Part shown: in pieces, positions 54,260 through 64,000 of the stretch
Layout of the letters: every line of letters starts with the position of its first letter
Numbering within the stretch: position 1 is the stretch's first letter
Source: Eledone cirrhosa
Lineage: Eukaryota
NCBI GenBank assembly: GCA_964016885.1
Contig: CAXHJY010000750.1
Location: 1 to 64,000, forward strand
Reading direction: 5' to 3'
DNA: 64,000 nt
Notes under the pieces: generated by a model
Database searches by the model: none
Told to the model about the DNA's origin: nothing
Seen by the model: only the letters and a program-made list of their open reading frames with translations
Translations under genes and position numbers: made by a program

Positions 54260-54510
54260 TTCTTCAAACTTGCAATTTAGACTTAGCTCCGTTTAATTGA
54301 TTATTTGTCTAGTTAGTTTCTACGGGCTAAGAGAAAGACTAGGTAAATTTTATCTGACTGTTCCTCACAGAGGATAGTCGGTGACATTTATCTGTTATTT
54401 CTTCAAAGTTAAATTCTAAACTTAACTCCGTTTAAATGATTATTTATCTAGTTGATTTCTACGGACTAAGGAGAAGAACAATTGGATATATTTTGTCTGA
54501 CTGGTCTTCA
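54260..54510. repeat. Diverged ~140-bp tandem duplication
   Basis: TTCTTCAAA...CTCCGTTTAA.TGATTATTT.TCTAGTT..TTTCTACGG.CTAAG occurs twice. Confidence 0.8.
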
Positions 54511-54522
54511 AACTTATAATTT

Positions 54523-54588
<66 letters not shown>

Positions 54589-56979
54589 GTTACCTGAGTG
54601 TGATTACGTATTACGAAAGAATGAACCCTCGATGTGTAAATACGCGCGTACACACATACAGACAGACACGCACACACAGATACACACACACATATATATA
54701 AAGCATATAACCTAAAATAATGTTCTAAGGGCCTTATTTTGTATGAGTTTGGAGGGCGTGAAGTGGTAGTGTGTAAGAGAATGAGAAGGGAAAATTCTAA
54801 CCAGCAATTGAAACTACTCTGCAAATTCAACACTATGGGAACTTTTGTCTTAATCTACAGCGCTCACCACCGTGAGAATTGTAATATATTGGTTCTGCTC
54901 CATTCAAGGCAATGTTTGATGTCTACGTTTGAAGTTTTACTTCATTGTTATAACAATAGTTTAAATGGAATGGTCTTAGGAACAATGGCACGTGTGTTAA
55001 TTGTACTACTATTCGTGCTTTTAGACTTGACTAGTCCTGCAGTTCAAATGGACGGTTTGAAAATAAAAAGAACGAAAGAAAAAGTAAAGAAAAAGAAATC
55101 TGCTGTATTTGCCTATCACTAATTCTTCATAGGAATAATATACTCGATCGTTTAGAGAACTATAATATGTAACTGTAATTATAGGCGAATGATAGAGACT
55201 GTACTGTTAGTTTAACATTAAAAACCTTTCATCCACAATTATCTCGTCTATTTACTTGTCACAGTGGACCCAGTACTATAATATTCAATGTGTTCTTCTT
55301 TTTTAAGGCGATAGGGTGTGATTTGAAGGAGATTAATATACTGTTTCTAGCTGGGTGAACAACCACGTAGAGGCTTCTCCGTCAGATCACCTAGAAATGA
55401 TGAAATGAATTCTCCATCGGTTTCGATGAGGTGCATTCAGTTGTTTGATTATTTGCACTTCCAACTCGTGAATTAACGATTAAATTGTTGCATATTCCCC
55501 TGATGTATCGAGCCTTAACATAATTCTCAAGTCGAATCAGCATGACACAATTTGTGACAAGGCTGGTCATTTGAATTACAGGTACAGTCCATCCCTCTAC
55601 TTAATTTCACTGATAAAGCTTAGGTTGACTCGAGCCTATGGCAGATATGTAAACTCTTCCCATCCGACGGAGAGATCTCCTACACTTTGGGGTGGGTGAG
55701 AGTTGTCTTCGTTTGTGAAAATGGTTATAGCTTTCATTATGTAAAATCTCCCATTTTGCCTCATTTCTCCCAGTTTTAGGGCACCTTTTTTCCTGGTACT
55801 CCCCGTTTGTGATTTTAGTGGTTGGTAGGTCTGCTATGGTAAAAACACTTGCCCAAGATATCACACAGTGAGATCGAACCCAGGATCTCATGATTGTGAA
55901 GCAAGCATCTTAACCACCCAGCCATGCTTGCGTTCTATCAATAGCAATCACTAAACTATGTAAATTTGGTTAATCTGTAATTCCTAAGCGTAGAAAATAA
56001 TACATGAAGTAGTATCGATAATTTCATAAATACAACTATAATGTATAATAAATTTAAAAAAAAAGATATAGAGCTCTTAACTCCTGATAGAGTCGTAGGG
56101 GTGCTGTCCTGAAACACGGCGTGTTTTGGGCGTTTTAAACATGGCAGAGCCCATCTTTCTTTATGTCGGAAAGCATCCAATTTCTTCTAAAGAAAGAAAG
56201 AAAGAGAGAGAAAATGAAAATCGACCCAGTACTAGACTCGACTGGTATTTTATTTGTTGACATCGAAAGGATGAAAGGCAAAAATCCACCTCGGCGGGAT
56301 TTAAACACAGGGTGCAGTGAACGAGAACAAATAGCGATGTAGTTTTGATCCGACATCTTAACGTCTCCGCCAATTGGCTGCCTTACGATACTTTTAGATA
56401 CAGAAATGTTCTTGATTTTTATCATTATCACTTTGAGTATTAGGCTGACATATACGTCAATTCCAATTATCGAATTTGAAGGCACAACTAGTTGTATAAA
56501 TACAAATATAAAAACAGAACTGAAGTTGTTTTTTTACCAAGTGATGTCAAACCTACTCCTGAACTTTAGATTTTGATACTTTCATTACCATATTTCTAAT
56601 GAAAGGCACTGCCTATGATTTTAAAATCACTTTGAAAATAATCAAGGATTTTTTTCATTATTAAGGTCGCATTTGTAACACAACCTAACTTCCCATCTAG
56701 AGAAAGAACAAGATACTGTAATAACTTGGGGTTCAAGGGCTCACAGTTTTGCAATATTTTGCCATAAGTCTCAGAGATCTACGTGTAGTGGATGTAGATA
56801 TTTTCAAGAAACATCTCGGCATTCTGCTGTTTAATATCACAGATTAACCTATATCACGGCAAAAAACACAAATGGTGGCAGCGGTGTCAAACTTCCTCAT
56901 TCATCAGTGGCCAACCAAGGAAGGATGGCTATAGAAAGTATAGCAGTAATGGCGGTGCCAGAGTAATCTTATACGAACA

Positions 56980-57312
56980 TAGCAAAAGCTACGTCCCAAA
57001 GACTAACCTATTTCAGGCTGGAACAACTGCTGTCTATCTACAAAGTTCAGCTGAGGTTCACAATCTAGAACGGCTTTATATGAATCTATCAAAGACTACG
57101 TCCAATAGAAGGCCAACAGATTGCTTGACAGTGACTACTCTCCAACATATTCTAGCCAGTAACAATCAGACATGCTGCTTACTCCTCACTCTATACCTTC
57201 TATCGTTACTACAATGACATCAACGCCGCAGAGCATATTCGACATACTTGCTTCTTTAGATCTTATCCCCCACTCTCTATATTTACACAGGTAAAAGAAT
57301 AAAAGAGTAAAT
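56980..57312 (+). mobile_element. Highly decayed CR1-group LINE 3' remnant
   Basis: YFRLEQLLSIYKVQLR resembles a CR1-group RT C-terminal motif; ends in AGGTAAAAGAATAAAAGAGTA, like the tail at 17332. Confidence 0.45.
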
Positions 57313-57865
57313 CCAGTAAATAAGGTTTTGGTCATGAGTTTTACCGTGCAGGTTTACCTGTCTGTATGATGTTGGTCGGCACTAGTCTAGACATGTTATA
57401 TAATTTAAAGTTTGAATACTAGTAGATAGATATTAATATTAACTCCCAAATGGACACATTCCTTATACTCACAAGGTGACATTACTACTCACTCATCGTT
57501 TGACGCAAGTCTTAATTTAAAAAAAAGTTGACATTTACTTCAAGTTACCGCATGAAACTGGCTTTAACTTACAAGTTGACATTTGCCTCACAGTTGATGG
57601 TTTATGGCTGCATCTGTCTTTGGAGAAGAATCTTAACCTCACTTCAAATATTGAAACCACTTCAACCGAAATACCATTGTTCGTTAAAAGTTCACCATTT
57701 TGTATAAGCGGTGCTCCTTATTCGTGCAAGGCTCTTTATTATTATTTATTTTTTTTTTTTACTAAAAGATTTATAATTTTGATAATGGTTATTTTAACTA
57801 AAATCTAAATCTGCATAACCAGTAAAAAGGTACTTCTGTTTGGGATTTAGTAGAGAAAAAAAAAG

Positions 57866-58100
<235 letters not shown>

Positions 58101-58963
58101 TGGAGGTAGAGGGAAATGGGAATTTAGAACGTTTATGTCTTTCTCAAGAGCATTCGGAAAGTAAATGAAATAAATATTTTCAACCAGGGATTGAAACCGT
58201 CCAGCAGAATCAGTAACTACTTAATCTTCAATACTAATTTTTAGTGTTGGTAGATTGGCAGAATATGTGCTTTTGTGGCTATGCTAGAAATCAATACTGG
58301 ATTTGTTTTGGGCTTGGCATACACGCTCTATATTTTTTAAGGTAGGAAGGAAGGGTTCTCATGATGGAATGTCAGGGATATGACTGGGTGGTAGAGTTAA
58401 TATTGGTTAGTAGACAAAATGCGTTTAATAACACCTGATCCTTGGGTGGTTTTAACGGAATTATCTCTGTTGCAAGAATTTAGGTCATTACGTTGGTTTG
58501 TGGCTAACTACCCCACCTCATACACCATTCACGGTGGCCCTGAAACGAATCATGGATACTGCTCTGCCTTGACTAAACAGTAAAATAACAACGATACAAC
58601 AAAACAACAAAAAATCTCAAAACAAAATCCTAGCCAGGTGTCTATGATAGAAATTACTATATTATCAATACAGATTTGTTTTAACAAACCCTTCTGTTAT
58701 ACATATTTTATTGGGTAGTCAGAGGAGAAAGGGTAGTGCAGTTCTGGGTAGGAATCAATGGACAAATTGTTTATTGTGAACTACTGTTTGTAGTTGGTTC
58801 GGAAGAGCAGGGGTAGTTATTTTAGTAAGACTATACGAATCAGAGAGAACAAAGAACACGTATGTGAGCTTGTGGTTGTAGGATGATGGCGGGTAACTTT
58901 TTAATGTTGTGTAGGATACTTGTGACAGCAGTTGTAGCATTATTTTCCCAGATATGTGAAAAG

Positions 58964-59059
<96 letters not shown>

Positions 59060-59419
59060 ACTAATATGTATGTGTATATGATCAGAGAGTCAGATAAAAG
59101 TAGAAGGTTGGGTATAATACAAAATAATATATATTTAATGACGATGTGGTTATTTCATTGTATGTTTGGTTCATTTTTAAAGTTATCAAATGTACTTCTG
59201 GAATATGTTCTTTGTAAATGTTAAACAAGCGATTAGAGCGGACGTATTTACAGTTCCCGAACAAAATGTGGAATCATTGTGATGCAGTTTGACAAAGTTA
59301 TATATGTGAGGTTACGATGAGAGATCATTAAAGATTGTGAAGGTCAGTATTTGTAAAGACTTTTAGGGATTTAAACGTGTTTTGATCATAGCTAATTTCG
59401 ACCACAGAACAGAGGACCA

Positions 59420-59421
<2 letters not shown>

Positions 59422-59513
<92 letters not shown>

Positions 59514-59593
59514 CGAGAGAAGGGGGGAAAGACAGGAGGTGATAGAGAGAAAGAGAGAGAGAGCGAGAGAAGGGGGGAAAGACGGGAGGTGAT

Positions 59594-59633
<40 letters not shown>

Positions 59634-59721
59634 GGGGAAGACGGGAGGTGATAGAGAGAAAGAGAGAGCGAGAGAAGGGGGAAAGAGAGAGAAGGGCAGT
59701 GAGAGAGAGAGACAGAGAGAG
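59422..59721. repeat. (TA)n-(GA)n compound microsatellite plus ~50-bp GA-rich minisatellite
   Basis: GGAGGTGATAGAGAGAAAGAGAG x3. Confidence 0.9.
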
Positions 59722-60160
59722 TGAATTATTTACCCTATTACAGCACTGGTACTTTATTTATCAACTCTAAAATGATGAAAGACAGCTTTGACCTCGATGG
59801 GATTCGAAATATATACAGCTGGAACAATTATCACAACACTTTAACGACATCTAATTCACCGCCTTAGAGAAAAGATAAATGTAACGAAATAATAGTCCAA
59901 CGCTCTACCATCTTAATTTCACGGTCGCCATTTTAATATAAATATAGTGTAAATATATTGCACTTTAATTACATCATATTCATTAAATCTATTTGTTACC
60001 TTCAATATTTTATGTATAGACATCATTGTTTTAAATGTTTTGCATCAAGCACAATTAACTAACCACATCGTCATTAGATATACATTGTTTACATTGTGCA
60101 TTGTACTCAACCTTCTACCGGTATCTCACTCCCTGGCTATATATATATATACAGAAACAC

Positions 60161-60197
<37 letters not shown>

Positions 60198-60749
60198 CAA
60201 TAATATATGCATATATTTAACTGAAAATTGTTATAAGTTAAGGCAAACAATTCAAGTGAGCCGAAGCCGTGAATTTAGATAGATAACTTAAAGGATGCTG
60301 TACTAATGATATTTAAAATATTCTCAATTAATTGTGAGTGTTTACATACATAGTGGTTGTCTGTTTCTTGCAGAGCTTGGCCTCTTTTTGTACCTATAAT
60401 TGCTCTTTCCTAGCGTAATGACCTTTGAGTCCTGAAAGACGTTTGAAGAGCTGACTGCTAATACTGCTGCAATGTCTCATTTCAACAGTGTCCGTTTGTT
60501 TATTACGAATGTTCAAGAGTCATTCCAATCCTCCACGTGGCTTGCAGGTTTTTTGACAAACATGACATTGAAACTGGTCATCCGGAATGAAATTTCAATA
60601 ATTCATGTGTGCCTTGCTCGCATGGACGCGCTGGTGAGATCTCAGACCAGCGTGAGATATGATTTCTTTGGTGTATAAGGAATATTCAAAGAAAGAATGA
60701 TAATCACTCTCAATGTTATTCCGATTAATCCCATTTCTACGAACTTGTA

Positions 60750-60940
60750 CTAGTGGAAATCAGATGCCAATACAATGTTAGAGATTAGGGAAAAGGAGAA
60801 TATTTATGCTGAACTAATGAGAAATATGCAGATATTCCACCCTAACTATACCTTTAGATTTATACCTGTGATTATTGGAGAACTCTGGGATATATTACTA
60901 ACTGCCTCAGTAAAACCATGAGAAGATGGGCTTCACAGAA
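60750..60940 (+). mobile_element. Short R4/Dong-like LINE fragment
   Basis: AAAGGAGAATATTTATGCTGAACTAATGAGAAAT matches the copies near 39547 and 45780. Confidence 0.8.
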
Positions 60941-61877
60941 CCTACATACATACATATATTCTTACTGGTGACGTGTTTCTCACCACTTTTTTTGGGAAAA
61001 CTAAAGGGTATGGTATTAATTCATAGGAAAAGATAAATACCAACCTAACAACATTTTTCTGGGGACTGAGATGATCCCAATTTTGAGCAATTTAAGACAA
61101 TGTCCATATAATATAACATCCACTATCAATATACACCTTTACACGATTTTCCATATATATTCCATATCATCCTCCACGACGTACAATTCCCCACATTCTC
61201 CCGAATTTATACTCAAACACATTACTATGACACAAAAAACTTTAAAACATTTGAAATACACACCAACGGCAACTGTATTCTGTACCGGACTCTACTGTAT
61301 GGTTTCTATCACAAGAAGACACAACTGCTTTCGACTATGAAGAAATTCACAATATCAAGCGGCACAATTATATCGAGACTTTCAGTATGTGTTTCCATAA
61401 CTGTCTGTTCGCTTGGAAATAATTAGATAATTGCCTCCTTGCTGAAAATGATTCAAATTCCTTCATTTATCTCTTCCACTCAGCATTCTCTTACGGCCAA
61501 ATGATACATTCAAGGTTTTAGTTCTGTTGACTTCCTTACATAGTCAAATTATTCAGCTACTCTCTCAATACTTGTTTGATATGATGCTTTCACTTTGATG
61601 TATAGACTACCGGCTGCACTTGATTCACGTTATGTAAACCTTTAAAATACGTTTTTGTTTTATCGGATTCGTACTGTCGGCGTTAGTAATAAAACATCAT
61701 TTTAAACATGTCTATTTATCATTACTGTATTTATAAACATCGTACTAATAAATATATGTACCAAATTATTCATTTATTTATTCATTTATGGATCTTTATC
61801 TTCTTATAATTATTTACACATACACACACAAGCACACTCACAGGTGCACACTACTTCAAAACATGAAGCACTTAGAG

Positions 61878-62229
61878 CAGAGATTCTCAAACTTTTTGGG
61901 CCACCCACCCCTCACGGCCACGTAATACCCTCAGCACCCACCAACCCTATTTCCAGAGAGACCTGCCTACACGCAAATTGTCAATAATATATAATAAATA
62001 AAATCGTTAATTTATATATAATAAATAATAATATAAACTATATATAAATAAATGTTGTCTATCTTTAAATTTTACTACATTTATATATAATATGTATCAT
62101 TTGATATTTAATATACTATTATATCATCTCTACCTCCCCTCCCACTGCCCCCTTAGGCTCCAGCGTCCCCTCGGACCTTCTCAATCCCCCCCGGGGGGGG
62201 GGGGGTAGCACCCACTTTGAGAACCTTTG
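61878..62229. mobile_element. hAT (Charlie-type) MITE, 352 bp
   Basis: TIRs CAGAGATTCTCAAA / TTTGAGAACCTTTG; 8-bp TSD ACTTAGAG / ATTTAGAG. Confidence 0.85.
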
Positions 62230-63677
62230 ATTTAGAGAATAGTGTAAGATGCGAGGATGGATGTGTACGGTGCTTCCAATAGAGGCAGGTCATCATGGGT
62301 TTGTAGCTAGATCCACAATATCTTACATGGTTAACATTGGACTTAGGAAGGGCCAGAGAGTAGTCAGTCATGATCTGGAGTGGGAAGTAAAAAACATTTC
62401 ATTGTGGATATAGCAGTGGCATATAAAAGATAGCCCTAAGTTGAGATTGAAGAATAAATCCTCACCAAATAGTAAAACAAAGTGCTAGGATAATGGAGGG
62501 AAAATGTGTGCTATAGTATGATCTATATCAATTGGAATGGTCTCTGGTAGTATCAATGCTGCTCGGCACCGATAGAGGGAATAATTCTACCAGAAGATAA
62601 CGAAATCGCTGTTATCTCCAGTTGACAACTTATGAAAGGAATGTTCCGCAGTGCAAGCTCTATATAAAATATAAAATATATCATGGACATCTATCTAAAA
62701 CGTTATTTGTTTATTTATCGCAGTATTTATTGCATAGTTTCTGGTAATGATAATAATGTGCATTATTAAATAGATACACAAGTGACAGTAATTAAGTTTA
62801 TATTGTATATACCTAAAGGAAATATTATTTTGGTGACAAAGTTGACAGCAATTTTGATGTATACTTACATGCAAAAATAGTAGCAAAAAATATTTTTCTT
62901 TTAGTATATTTTATTGTCGGTGCCAACTGAAATGTCTCTTATCAGATGCTGTCGCTTAGTTTAGAATTTGTCCAAAATTATCTTTAGCTGTTTCTATTTA
63001 TTCCAAAATGATTTCGTTGTGCTTTTTATCGGTTAACAACGATCTCAGATCATATCTTTTACCAAGCAAGTACAATTCAAGCATATTTTTATTGGTTTGT
63101 CAAAATTACTGCGTATTAAAAAAACTTATTGAGTACCTTAACTTTTAAGTGTTTTATCGGCGAAATATTTGAGTTGTTATTTACCTCAGGTCAGCTGTAG
63201 GTGAGCAGGCATTACTGATCAAATGAGTCAAATCATACCAATTCCGCCTTTCATTTGGGCCTTGCACCAGAAGTGCTACATTATCCAATGCATCCCTTTT
63301 TTTTCAAGAGTATAATCCGTAATTTGGCAGCTATTTTTAGAGCGTCAGGATAAGTATTTTCTCGATAGTACTCAATCAGCAGGTTTTAATCCATGACTAA
63401 ATGCAACTACATGTATATAATGGAATACATCACATGCTGAGTGATTTAATGTATGATTAAGCTCCATTGCTTTTTGTCAAAGCAACGCCACATACTTACA
63501 GTATTTATATGGATTATATGCATCAATGGGTGTGCACGTGATTTCAATATATTTTGCTTGAGGAGAAACTAAATAAACTCGATATTGTAATAGTTTTGTT
63601 GTTGATCACGTGTTGTTTGCAAGCTCGCCAATATTATGTTTCTTTGTAATTAGTAAGCTAATTATGGCCCACCCTGG

Positions 63678-63751
<74 letters not shown>

Positions 63752-63879
63752 TTTACATATATATATATATATACATATGTATATATATATATATATACAT
63801 ATGTATATATATATATACATATGTATATATATATATATACACATATGTATATATATATATATACACATATATATACATA

Positions 63880-63911
<32 letters not shown>

Positions 63912-64000
63912 CATATATATATATATATACATATGTATATATATATATACACATATATATACATATATATATATATATACATATGTATATATATATATAG
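63678..64000. repeat. (CA)n/(TA)n microsatellite
   Basis: Direct inspection. Confidence 0.95.

Noticed and set aside
59380-59422. Possible 3' half of an HHR cut by a microsatellite
   Set aside because: Too short to distinguish from chance.

Overview
AT-rich, repeat-dominated eukaryotic DNA. The SINE/LINE repertoire and giant (TA)n tracts suggest a mollusc, most likely an octopus (inference; no database search was run). No conventional host gene is evident, and the many long 'YIYI' ORFs are artefacts of (TA)n/(TATG)n tracts. Main result: the window is dense with type I hammerhead ribozyme (HHR) motifs, all read by eye. A ~420-bp tandem array (10681-13330, about 6.3 copies) has one HHR per unit on the minus strand. 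An adjacent, diverged, inverted monomer (9838-10262) has a textbook HHR with compensatory stem changes. Together they look like a non-LTR retrozyme locus. About a dozen further HHR motifs from several Penelope-like (PLE) families occupy nearly every unique island between the (TA)n tracts. A decayed Penelope element (RT + GIY-YIG) with its own HHR lies at ~35.4-38.6 kb. A compact cassette at ~26.2-29.8 kb holds an apparently intact 3-exon SGNH-hydrolase-like gene with 55- and 57-nt introns, a convergent orphan ORF, long inverted repeats and a terminal hairpin. Also present: CR1, RTE and R4/Dong-like LINE fragments, a mariner relic, a hAT MITE, a non-autonomous Helitron and several tRNA-derived SINEs.
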